From assembly GCA_963630475.1 (NCBI GenBank), contig CAVGNO010000001.1, positions 16,092 through 41,508 on the forward strand: a stretch of DNA of 25,417 nt, read 5' to 3'. The notes beneath the pieces are model-generated. The model did not search any database and was not told the origin of the DNA. It saw only the letters and a list, made by a program, of their open reading frames with translations. Every line of letters starts with the position of its first letter. Position 1 is the stretch's first letter. The translations under genes were made by a program, and so were the position numbers. Origin of the DNA: Blautia faecis. GTDB lineage: Bacteria; Verrucomicrobiota; Lentisphaeria; Oligosphaerales; Oligosphaeraceae. Shown piece by piece: positions 1 to 8,667 of this stretch.

Positions 1-321
1 GAATTCGACCATTTTACGGTCGAGGACGGCGGAAAAGTGCGCGTGTTCTTCAAGCATACTGACGGCGGGCTATGCACACGCGACGGCAAAGCGCCCGGCG
101 CATTCGCACTTGGCGATGACAATGGCGTCCTGCGCTGGGCAAATGCGGCAATTGACGGCGATACCGTCGTTGTCTCTACGCCAGACGTCGCAAAGCCGAC
201 GCGCGTGCGCTATGCGTATGCAGGCTATCGCGGCGACTGCAACCTCATGAACGGCGCCGGCTTCCCCGCCGTGCCCTTCCGCTCCGATAAAGGGGACTAT
301 ACCAACGAAGTGGTGGGATAA
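1..321 (+). CDS. Sialate O-acetylesterase-like protein, C-terminal part (5'-truncated by window edge)
   Basis: Frame is open from base 1 (EFDHFTVEDGGKVRVFF...) to TAA 319-321. The C-terminus W.NA.IDGDTVVV..P.V.KP..VRYAY...CNL.N.AGFPAVPFRSD resembles the conserved tail of 9-O-acetylesterase (SIAE-like) proteins. Confidence 0.75.
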   Translation, partial: EFDHFTVEDGGKVRVFFKHTDGGLCTRDGKAPGAFALGDDNGVLRWANAAIDGDTVVVSTPDVAKPTRVRYAYAGYRGDCNLMNGAGFPAVPFRSDKGDYTNEVVG

Positions 322-453
322 CGGAATAAAACGGAAACGGAGGACAACGGATTTTAACGGATATAAACGGAGGATAACGGAATCCGTAAATATCCGTTTA
401 CGTCCGTTTACGTCCGTTTACGTCCGTTTACGTCCGTTAATTTCCGTTAATCC
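316..453. repeat. Palindromic 10-bp-periodic AACGG/CCGTT repeat element, copy 1
   Basis: Seven AACGG units (320-380) are followed by TCCGT units (383-450), including four exact TCCGTTTACG repeats (393-432). The halves are reverse-complementary around about 381. It lies between convergent genes and overlaps both stop codons. Confidence 0.9.
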
Positions 454-2596
454 GCAACAGGATAGCCATACCGCTCCAGTCGTGGAGGTTGGTGATGGTC
501 AGCGTTCCATCCTTCAGCGCAGTTTTTGCGGTATCGTCGCTGAAGGATGCGGCGATATGCATATTTTCCGGAACCGTAATTGAGACTTCGTTTTCGCACT
601 CGCCGAATGTATGAATGACGAGCAGTTGCGCATCGGCGTTAGAGCGGCGGAAGAGTTGCCAGCCACGTGCGTGGCGCCATGACTCGTCTTTGAGATGCAA
701 TTCTGTGCGGCTGATGCCGTCGGCAATCAGCGGTTTGAGCTGATGATAGAATGCGAGTGCTTCATCCATGCGTTTCTTTTGCGCATCGGAGAGCAGATCG
801 ATATCCCCGGAGATGCAGAGGCGGCCAATCATCGCCGCGCTGAGTGAGTAGCAGATGCGCGCATCGTCATCCCAATCATGCAAGACTGCCCAGACTTGGT
901 TTGCGCGATATGGGATTTGCAGTACGGTACCGGCGGCGACCAGCGGAATGATCGGGTCTTCGTGTGCATCGGAGAAGCTAGCCATATCGCCGAGATGCAT
1001 CCAAGCCGGTGTCAAGCGGTGTCCGCCAGACGCGCAGATTTCCAGAGTCAGATCGGGCAAGCGCTGCTTCATTTCCGTGAAGAATTGCTCAACGCCGCGG
1101 AAATATTCCATAAGGCCTTCCATGGTTGAGCCATTGGGAGTATCTGCGCCAGTGAGTGCGGAGTTATAATCGACTTTGATATAGCCGATGCCGTTCTCGC
1201 GCAGGAAATCGGTCACGCGTTCATGCATCATCGCGCGCACTTCGGCTTTGCGGAAATCCAGCGCTTGCGTATCCCAATAATCCGCGTGGGGGACGCCATG
1301 GCAGCGCACAGCGAATTCCGGGTGATCCTCGCCAAGATGCGTATTATGCGGTGTGAGCTGCTCGAATTCGAACCAGATGCCGGGGATAAAGCCCATCGCG
1401 CGAATTTTATCGCAGTATGCTTTCATGCCGTGTGGGAAACGCGTCGGCGATGTCTGCCAGTCGCCCTTGCCCTTATATTTGCTCTCATCCTCGCGGTACC
1501 ATCCGTCGTCCATCACGAAATACTTGATGCTGCGGCCTTTGAGCGCTTCTACCAGCTTGAGCATCTTCTCTTCAGTCGGTGCGCACCACGTCTTGCAATA
1601 CTCGTTAAAGACTGCGGGAAAATCGGCTTCGTTGCGGCTGTAGCCGACATGATGATGCTGCGGCCATTGCGTGAGGCGGTTGAGCGCATCCTGCGCATCG
1701 CCCTTGACCACGGTCAGCAATGCCGGAATACCGCTGATCTTTTCGCCGGGCGCGAGTTTACGGGACCAATTGCCGAATTCGGCATCCGGCAATCCGCCAG
1801 CGAGGTTGATATAATCGCCGAGGCGGTTGAGTTCCAATTGCCACGGTCCGTAAGTCGCCAGTTGCACACCCCATGTGACGCCGACGCCGCGGTCTTCGAA
1901 GCCCGCCCAGGGGAACCATCGCTTGACCGGCATGGATGAGCGCTGTCCGAAACGCTCGGCGCGGTAGATGGCGGGCGTCCACGCGCGTTCCAGATTCAAG
2001 TGTTCGATTGTATCATCGATTTGCCGTCCTTCTGCCGCCCAAAATGCACACGTGCGATGGAGATGATAGCGTCCCGGTGCGTCATCCGCTGCAAATGGCG
2101 AGAGCATCCCGAGTTGGAAGCTGTCGAGCATATCGATGACAAGCACATTTGAGCCGGCATTTTCCAGCGTAGTATTCACTTCGAAGAGCTTTTCGCCGGG
2201 ATGCCACGTCAGCGTCTGCGTCGCAATGATGCCATGCGCCGGATGACGGAAGACAGTGCGGATGACATCGCCGTCCTTCTCCTGCGAGACGAATTCGAGA
2301 CGGCGAGTTGTGCAGTTGCTCACCATGCTTTCGCCGGACGCATAGCCGGCAGCGACGCCGTCGCCCTGCACATGGCACTGCACCATATTCTCGAGCGTGA
2401 CGGACGACATCGTCGATTTATTCGCAAGGCAGATGCCGCGGCATGCAGTCGTCTGCGTAATATCCGACGGGTGTTCGGGAATCTGCTCTTCCATCCCGGT
2501 GGGGATGATAGTGAACGCAAGCGCGGCGTCCTTCTTGAAGAACAGCACAGTCATGTCACCGCATTCAAAGCGGCTGAATAAATCGAAGGGTATCAT
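437..2596 (-). CDS. Glycoside hydrolase family 36 (alpha-galactosidase-like)
   Basis: 719 aa with YFVMDDGW, GDW..SP.RFP.G, GIWFEFE, YIKVDYN (nucleophile region) and EICASGGHR motifs of GH36. No signal peptide visible. Confidence 0.88.
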   Translation of the reverse strand: MIPFDLFSRFECGDMTVLFFKKDAALAFTIIPTGMEEQIPEHPSDITQTTACRGICLANKSTMSSVTLENMVQCHVQGDGVAAGYASGESMVSNCTTRRLEFVSQEKDGDVIRTVFRHPAHGIIATQTLTWHPGEKLFEVNTTLENAGSNVLVIDMLDSFQLGMLSPFAADDAPGRYHLHRTCAFWAAEGRQIDDTIEHLNLERAWTPAIYRAERFGQRSSMPVKRWFPWAGFEDRGVGVTWGVQLATYGPWQLELNRLGDYINLAGGLPDAEFGNWSRKLAPGEKISGIPALLTVVKGDAQDALNRLTQWPQHHHVGYSRNEADFPAVFNEYCKTWCAPTEEKMLKLVEALKGRSIKYFVMDDGWYREDESKYKGKGDWQTSPTRFPHGMKAYCDKIRAMGFIPGIWFEFEQLTPHNTHLGEDHPEFAVRCHGVPHADYWDTQALDFRKAEVRAMMHERVTDFLRENGIGYIKVDYNSALTGADTPNGSTMEGLMEYFRGVEQFFTEMKQRLPDLTLEICASGGHRLTPAWMHLGDMASFSDAHEDPIIPLVAAGTVLQIPYRANQVWAVLHDWDDDARICYSLSAAMIGRLCISGDIDLLSDAQKKRMDEALAFYHQLKPLIADGISRTELHLKDESWRHARGWQLFRRSNADAQLLVIHTFGECENEVSITVPENMHIAASFSDDTAKTALKDGTLTITNLHDWSGMAILLRINGN

Positions 2597-2602
2597 GGAG
2601 AT

Positions 2603-5470
2603 TTATTTGACGTAGAGTAGTTTGATATTGCGCAAGCGATAAGTCACTTTGCGGTCGATGTTGCAAGTATTGAAGCCGATTGCAATATCGGTAGCCTCTT
2701 CCGGTTCGGGGATTGCGCCGATCGTGTAGACGACGCAGTGTTTCCAGCCGGGCTTCTTTGGCGCTTCGTAATGAATTGCGCGACCGCTGTAATATACCAG
2801 CGGATCCTGGTACCCCTTGCTCACCGAATACTCATCGACCCAGATGTCAAATTCGATGCCGATGACATCTGCGAGCGTGCCCTTCGCGAATTTGAAGCGC
2901 GGATATAACCACGTATTCATCGGCGTCGGCACTTTCATTGAGAATTCGATTGCACCTTCTTCGGGGACATCTCGCGCGCTCACGCCGCCCGCACCCGCAG
3001 GCGTCCAATTCTTTGCCTTCTCCGTGCCGGCAAATGGCCGTGCTTCGAGATCACCTGCTTCGGGGTAGCATACTTGAATAACCGCAGGCGAGCATGGCTT
3101 GCCGTCGAATTCGCCGATTGCGACGATGTCCTCGATAATGCCACCAGTGACAAAGTCCAGATCGACTGCGACGTCAAATTTCTCGGTCTTCATGGGCTGG
3201 ACGGTGATTTGTGGTCCGGTCACATTCTTGACGCATCCGCCGAAGGAGACTTTGCCTGTGCGCGGCTTGTCTCCGAGATTCGTCACTTCGACCGTGAGTT
3301 TTGCGCGCGGCGCAGTCGCGTTTGTAACAAACATCAGCTCCTTCGCATCCTTGAGCCCTTCGCCAGAGTGCAGATTGACAATCATCGTGCGATCGAATTC
3401 ATCCGTCTTCGGCAGATCGTATGTGAACATCGCGCGTTTACTCACTTCGATTCCGGACAATCCGCTGATATACGCAGTCTGTGTGGAAAGCGGCAGCACA
3501 AGCTTGCCGTCAGTCACAGTCATGACAGTCGGCGTTCCGTAGAGATTGCGTGCGCAGTACTCGCCATTTGGCTGCGTGAGTGTGAGCGTCTCTGCGCCAT
3601 CTGCATTTTCGCGCCAATATGCCATAGTCTGCGTTCCGTCGTCATGCTGGAAGAGATGCGCTTTCACGCCTTCTGCGGGATTGAGCGAACCGAGATATTC
3701 AGCGGGTGCGAGCAGCGTATTGAGGACGGAGAACGCGGCCAATGCGGGACGTGCCGACCAGTCGTCATTGACCATGCTCCAATCCTTGAAGCCGTTCCAC
3801 TCATGCATTTGCGGCAGTGAGAAGCTACATGTCAGAGCGATTCCGAGATCTTGCATTGCAAGCTGGCTCTTCGTATACCAATCCGCGCGGTCAGTCTGCT
3901 GTTTGAGGGACTGCAATTTGAATTTCTCGCCGTTATAGCCGATTTCTGTCGCTTCGCCGCCATCGTAAGAGCTGCATTCGGTGATGAAGAAATTGCAATT
4001 CTCCAAGCCATAGTCTGCCATCACTTTGCGATAGCGCTTCAGCGCATCGCAATATGTATCGATGCCGGAATAGACGTGGATGCACATTGCGTCATAGAAT
4101 TCGGTCATGCCATTTTTCATGCCGGCCTTCATATACGGCGCGTTAAGATAGCTCGCGCTCATGATCGTGACATCGGGATCGACGGAGCGGATGCCAAGAT
4201 ATGTCGCTTTAGCGGACGCAGCATAATTCCACGCCATCGGCCGCCCGAATGCCGTCGGTTCATTCCAGAATTCGATGCAATCATAGAGCCCTTTGAAATC
4301 GCGCGCGATAATCTGCGCATGTTCGTAGACCGACACGGGATTTGACATATCGCCGCCGCAAGGGATAATTGTATGCGTCGTCGTAAGACCGAGCGACTTC
4401 AGCCATTTGGATGCCTCAAGCGCTTTCTTGCTGTAATGCTCATGGCGCTGGAAGTTCGTGCCGACACGTACGGAGTGGAAGCCAGCGCGCGCGGCAGTAT
4501 TCACGATAGTGTGATAGCGCCAGCCGGGGAATGCAATGTCGGGACGATTATGACCATACGGATTACCCAAGTCAATCTGCGAATCGACGCTATACGGCGC
4601 ACGCTTGCCCTCCGGCAACGCAACGCGGTCCGCGACGACGCAGAAATTGCGCGGATGGAAGTACTCCCAATGCTTTGATTTGAGCGTCATGAAGTAGTAT
4701 CCGCACGGCAATTTCGGGAGGATATTGCGGCCGGGCTTAATACTACCGCGCTGCACTTCCTTGCCGTCAAGCGCCGTGATCACATATTGCGCATCTTCGG
4801 GAATGACGCAATTGAATGCGAGGGGTTCGGAAAGATAGAACATCGCCGCGGGCGCATCTGGGCGCAATGCCAGGACGGTGTCGATTTTATCCGCACGTGG
4901 AGTCACGGTTGCGCTCTTGCCGGTGATGCTCCAGTTACGCCATTGCCACGCGATTTTCTCGCAATCGCCGGAGAGCTTGACGCCGAAGCGGTTGTATTGC
5001 GTGAAGTCTTTATCCGCCGGCAATTTCACCGTCACATTCTCGTACTCGCCTTGCTTGGTGAGCTTGAAGGGGACTTCGAGTTCCGGCATGCCATCGCCAT
5101 AGAATTTGAGCGCAGTCACAGTCAATGCGGATGCGGTCGGCTCATCCAGCTTTATTTCGAAGCTGATTTCTTGTGCGCCGGCGAGCGACTCAACGGGCTG
5201 CAAAAGAAATGACGGAATTGCGGTCAATGCGCCCTGCTGTCCAGGCTTCTTCTGGATGTTGTAAACAGTGATGCCCTCGTTGAGGACGACCGTGCATTCA
5301 AACTCATTGGTCGAACGCTCGCCTTCGAATGTATAGACTTTCGGATGGCTCACCATCGCGGGAAGCCATCGCTGGCACTCATTGAGCGATTCCGACCAAT
5401 GGAATTTCTCACCGGCAAAGAGCGAACACGTGAGACATGCAAGCAGTGTAATCGTGGATAATGTTTTCAT
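2603..5470 (-). CDS. Secreted multidomain clan GH-A glycoside hydrolase (GH39/GH5-like) with flanking CBM-like modules
   Basis: 955 aa. Signal peptide MKTLSTITLLACLTCSLFA; IEFWNEP acid/base motif, YDAMCIHVY, and FFITECS nucleophile motif. Beta-rich N- and C-terminal modules resemble each other. Confidence 0.65.
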   Translation of the reverse strand: MKTLSTITLLACLTCSLFAGEKFHWSESLNECQRWLPAMVSHPKVYTFEGERSTNEFECTVVLNEGITVYNIQKKPGQQGALTAIPSFLLQPVESLAGAQEISFEIKLDEPTASALTVTALKFYGDGMPELEVPFKLTKQGEYENVTVKLPADKDFTQYNRFGVKLSGDCEKIAWQWRNWSITGKSATVTPRADKIDTVLALRPDAPAAMFYLSEPLAFNCVIPEDAQYVITALDGKEVQRGSIKPGRNILPKLPCGYYFMTLKSKHWEYFHPRNFCVVADRVALPEGKRAPYSVDSQIDLGNPYGHNRPDIAFPGWRYHTIVNTAARAGFHSVRVGTNFQRHEHYSKKALEASKWLKSLGLTTTHTIIPCGGDMSNPVSVYEHAQIIARDFKGLYDCIEFWNEPTAFGRPMAWNYAASAKATYLGIRSVDPDVTIMSASYLNAPYMKAGMKNGMTEFYDAMCIHVYSGIDTYCDALKRYRKVMADYGLENCNFFITECSSYDGGEATEIGYNGEKFKLQSLKQQTDRADWYTKSQLAMQDLGIALTCSFSLPQMHEWNGFKDWSMVNDDWSARPALAAFSVLNTLLAPAEYLGSLNPAEGVKAHLFQHDDGTQTMAYWRENADGAETLTLTQPNGEYCARNLYGTPTVMTVTDGKLVLPLSTQTAYISGLSGIEVSKRAMFTYDLPKTDEFDRTMIVNLHSGEGLKDAKELMFVTNATAPRAKLTVEVTNLGDKPRTGKVSFGGCVKNVTGPQITVQPMKTEKFDVAVDLDFVTGGIIEDIVAIGEFDGKPCSPAVIQVCYPEAGDLEARPFAGTEKAKNWTPAGAGGVSARDVPEEGAIEFSMKVPTPMNTWLYPRFKFAKGTLADVIGIEFDIWVDEYSVSKGYQDPLVYYSGRAIHYEAPKKPGWKHCVVYTIGAIPEPEEATDIAIGFNTCNIDRKVTYRLRNIKLLYVK

Positions 5471-5493
5471 TGTATGTCAGATGGTGGGGGGAT

Positions 5494-6411
5494 TTACCAG
5501 AAGAAGCTGCTGTCACAAGTGGCCAGGCCGATTTGCTCCGGCACTCCGCGGCGGCCGTTATACCAGAGGCGCCAGAATTTACCGTCGTAGCAGACAGCCG
5601 GCTTATAGCACGCGTCGGCATCCCATGCATCGGGTGTCGGCCGCACAATCGGATTTGCGGGGAATTGCTCCCAATTGCCGACGCCATCTTTGGAACGCGC
5701 AAGATAGATCTGCGCAAATGAGTCGGTCGTGAAGCCGATATAGAACATGTAGAACCACTCGCCAATTTTGAGGACATCGCATGCAGTCACTTTAATCAGC
5801 GGCCATTCTTTGACATCGTGCGCAGCAAATGCAGGCGTATTGAGCGGCTTCTCCCAAGTGATGCCATCTGCGCTCTCCGCATAGCCAATGGCATCCGGCT
5901 CATAGAATTTCCCGGGATTGCTCATTGCGGAATACCACATCTGGAAACGCCCGGATGCGTCATCAAAGAGGACATGTGGGCACATCACGCCGTACTTTTC
6001 CCAATCGTAACTGCCCTCGATCACCATCTTGTGGTCGTACTCCCAAAGCACGCCATCCTTGCTAGTTGCATGATAGATGCGTGCATGACCGGGCACAATC
6101 GGTCGCGCTTGACCGCTGTAGTAGATATGATAGATGCCATCGCGCTTGAGCACGCACTGGCGGTTGATGTGGCACTGTCCGCCATTATCCAGCGCAGCCG
6201 GTGCAAGCACAATGCGCGGAGCGGACCACGTCACTGCGTCATCACTTTCGCAAAGCGCAATCGCGTTTTGCGGACGCCAGCTCAAATACATGCGATAGCG
6301 ATGATGCGGGGCTTCGTCGATGAGAATGCACGGATCAAACATCGTGCCCCAGTCATCCCATTTGATTACTGGGTTTTCTGAAGATTTTTTCCAAGATGCG
6401 AGTGTATTCAT
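5494..6411 (-). CDS. Five-bladed beta-propeller glycoside hydrolase (GH32/43/68/130-like superfamily)
   Basis: Five repeated blades of the form P.V/I...Y.M.Y....I..A.S.DG..W (SDDAVTW, SKDGVLW, SADGITW, SKDGVGNW). ATG at 6411 preferred over the track's TTG at 6417. Confidence 0.72.
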   Translation of the reverse strand: MNTLASWKKSSENPVIKWDDWGTMFDPCILIDEAPHHRYRMYLSWRPQNAIALCESDDAVTWSAPRIVLAPAALDNGGQCHINRQCVLKRDGIYHIYYSGQARPIVPGHARIYHATSKDGVLWEYDHKMVIEGSYDWEKYGVMCPHVLFDDASGRFQMWYSAMSNPGKFYEPDAIGYAESADGITWEKPLNTPAFAAHDVKEWPLIKVTACDVLKIGEWFYMFYIGFTTDSFAQIYLARSKDGVGNWEQFPANPIVRPTPDAWDADACYKPAVCYDGKFWRLWYNGRRGVPEQIGLATCDSSFFW

Positions 6412-6417
6412 AATCAA

Positions 6418-8631
6418 TTATCCGTTTATCACGGTGCTGTCGCCAATCGATGCGGTTAGTTTACCATCATGGAAGCGCAGTGCGCACCACGTGCCATTTG
6501 TGATGGTGATTTCCTCACCACCGGCAGTCTTCATCATCGCTTTGAAGCTATGGCGTTTGCGGCGTGCGAGGCGGTCGTGATAGGAGATGCGGCATGAGAA
6601 GAGGCTCGTATCCGCAATGCGCCCATGCGCGGCGAAGACGACAACGTGATCGCGGCCATCAGCGCTCGCATAAGTCGTGTAGTAGGCATTTTCCGCAAAG
6701 ACGCGCGTTTCTTCTTCCGGCAGCAGTGTGCGCAACAGCGCGAGCAAGTCTTCGCGCGGATCCGCCAGCGGCATATAATGCAATGCGCTATTGGGTGATT
6801 GCACGCAGACCACCTGCCCTTCGGCATTATACGACGCAATTGCGCCATTGAGCGTGACTGGGCAGCGCGCGTCGTAGCGCTCCAGTTCCCACTCATCCGG
6901 CACTGGCAACTGCTCATTCTCGGCATAGCCCGCACTAAGCTCCGCTAGCGTCAATTTTTCGATGCCGACTTGCGCGGCGAAATCCGCTTGGATGCACGCG
7001 CCATCAGTCGTATACATCGGCGGCACGCCGTAGACGACGACTGCGACACCGGATGTCGCAATCTCTTTGAGCGCAGTGTATGCTTCAGATGTGAGCGTGT
7101 AGCAATTCGGCAATACGACCGCTTCGAATTTGCGCGCGCCACAGTAGAGCTTGCCATCGATGACTTTACCGGCCGCCAATTCATCCCCGGTGATTAGATT
7201 TGCAGTGATGTTTCCATCAATCAGCGTCTGACAAGTATTCCCCAAGCTTGTGTATTGATGACGCACCAACCACTTTGGCGCAGCCGCCAACGACGCGCAG
7301 TCATAGAGCACTGCAACGCGCGGCGATGTGCGCATGCCAGCCAGGAAGTCATTGAATTGATCCAGTGCCTGCAAGTCTTTGACATGCGCGCTGTGTGCAG
7401 GCTCGAGCTTCCAATTGCAAATGCCCTCGGAGGACTCGGAGAAGAAGATATTGAACCAGTTGATGTGATAGAGCATTTTGAAACGCGTCGCAAAATGCAT
7501 ATCCTCAATGATTGGCAACGTAAAGCCCCAGTCGTTGTAGTATGCATCGTCGAGTTTCAAGCCATTGCGGATGGAGTCCGCGAGCATGATATGCAGCGAG
7601 ATACTGCGCATATCGCACTCCCACGACCCGTCCGTCCAAGCCGCAGTCAGCACATTGCCCAGCCGGAAGTAGTCGGTGACGCCGCCGGCCAGATCGCACG
7701 GCAGACCAGACCACGTCTGATGCGTGCCAAAGAGCAATTTATGTCCGGCTAGCTTTTCCGCATAGTCGTTATGCTTGCGCTGCGCTTCATAATTCATCCG
7801 CGTGAGTGCTTCGAAGTAGTCGAGGCGCACGCACACCGCTTTCGGCGAGTCGTCCTCTTCGCTCAAATACGGCAGCACATCGAGGAGGTCGTAGTTGAAA
7901 TGCGCACGGAAGAAGTCGAGGAATGACCGCCCCGCCTTGAAGAATGCGAGGCTGCCGCTGCCCTTCGCCGGTTCATCCCATCCGAAGCCGTCAAGCGGAA
8001 TACTTGCCAAGTCATCGAGCATCTCCTCTTGCGCTTTCAGATACTCCGGAGCAGTCAAATCCGGCAATGCACTCGTGCTGCTGGCGACAAAACACACTAG
8101 CTGTCTGCATTTGGTGTCCTTCAGTTTTCCGCAAATTTCATAGCCGTCATGAAAATTCTGATGCGCACATTCAAATTCGTCCTTACGCAGATGACGATAG
8201 TCGCCATCGGCTGTGCGCGTGTAGAGTTCCAGCGCGCGGAAGACGACGTGCGCGTTGTTATTCCAGACTGTCATGAATATCGGACGTTTGCTTGTAAAGC
8301 GGAAACGGCCGTCCGCGTGCACTGTGACGTGCTCGCATTTATAGAGCCACTGCTGTGCTTCAGGGAACCGCTCTCCGAATGCGGGTCCCCAGAAGCACGG
8401 GTCGGTATCCAGCATGCATTTCATGCCGTGCTGATGAATCATCTCACACAATGCTACGATGCAATTGCGCACTGCCGAGCCGCCCTGGTAGAGTGTCTGG
8501 CTGAAATAACGCCAGAAGATGATTGCAGTGCTATAGCCGTCTTCGGCCATGCGTCTGACCTCCGCTTCGGCCGCTTGAGGCGCATGAAGCCATTCCGGCG
8601 CAACGATAAATCCTGCGACTTGCTTTTTCAT
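6418..8631 (-). CDS. Hypothetical GH106-like / glycoside-hydrolase-like protein with C-terminal GATase1-like (beta-galactosidase trimerisation-type) domain
   Basis: 737 aa. TIM-barrel-like N-terminus with GMKCMLDTD and GFGWDEP (compare the G.F.DEP of GH106-like proteins). Later VAVLYD...FEAVVLPNCYTL...VVVYG.PP pattern. Family call is tentative. Confidence 0.45.
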   Translation of the reverse strand: MKKQVAGFIVAPEWLHAPQAAEAEVRRMAEDGYSTAIIFWRYFSQTLYQGGSAVRNCIVALCEMIHQHGMKCMLDTDPCFWGPAFGERFPEAQQWLYKCEHVTVHADGRFRFTSKRPIFMTVWNNNAHVVFRALELYTRTADGDYRHLRKDEFECAHQNFHDGYEICGKLKDTKCRQLVCFVASSTSALPDLTAPEYLKAQEEMLDDLASIPLDGFGWDEPAKGSGSLAFFKAGRSFLDFFRAHFNYDLLDVLPYLSEEDDSPKAVCVRLDYFEALTRMNYEAQRKHNDYAEKLAGHKLLFGTHQTWSGLPCDLAGGVTDYFRLGNVLTAAWTDGSWECDMRSISLHIMLADSIRNGLKLDDAYYNDWGFTLPIIEDMHFATRFKMLYHINWFNIFFSESSEGICNWKLEPAHSAHVKDLQALDQFNDFLAGMRTSPRVAVLYDCASLAAAPKWLVRHQYTSLGNTCQTLIDGNITANLITGDELAAGKVIDGKLYCGARKFEAVVLPNCYTLTSEAYTALKEIATSGVAVVVYGVPPMYTTDGACIQADFAAQVGIEKLTLAELSAGYAENEQLPVPDEWELERYDARCPVTLNGAIASYNAEGQVVCVQSPNSALHYMPLADPREDLLALLRTLLPEEETRVFAENAYYTTYASADGRDHVVVFAAHGRIADTSLFSCRISYHDRLARRKRHSFKAMMKTAGGEEITITNGTWCALRFHDGKLTASIGDSTVING

Positions 8632-8667
8632 AGTGAAATTTATGCTGTAATATCTGAAGAGTATGTT

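Noticed and set aside
1..6. Window starts with GAATTC (EcoRI site), hinting at a cloning end
   Set aside because: It is in frame with the esterase ORF, and GAATTC occurs many times internally.
316..453. CRISPR array
   Set aside because: Units are about 10 bp, contiguous and inverted about a centre. There are no unique spacers and no cas genes.
5486..5491. G6 tract between the propeller GH and GH-A genes
   Set aside because: Too short to imply slippage.
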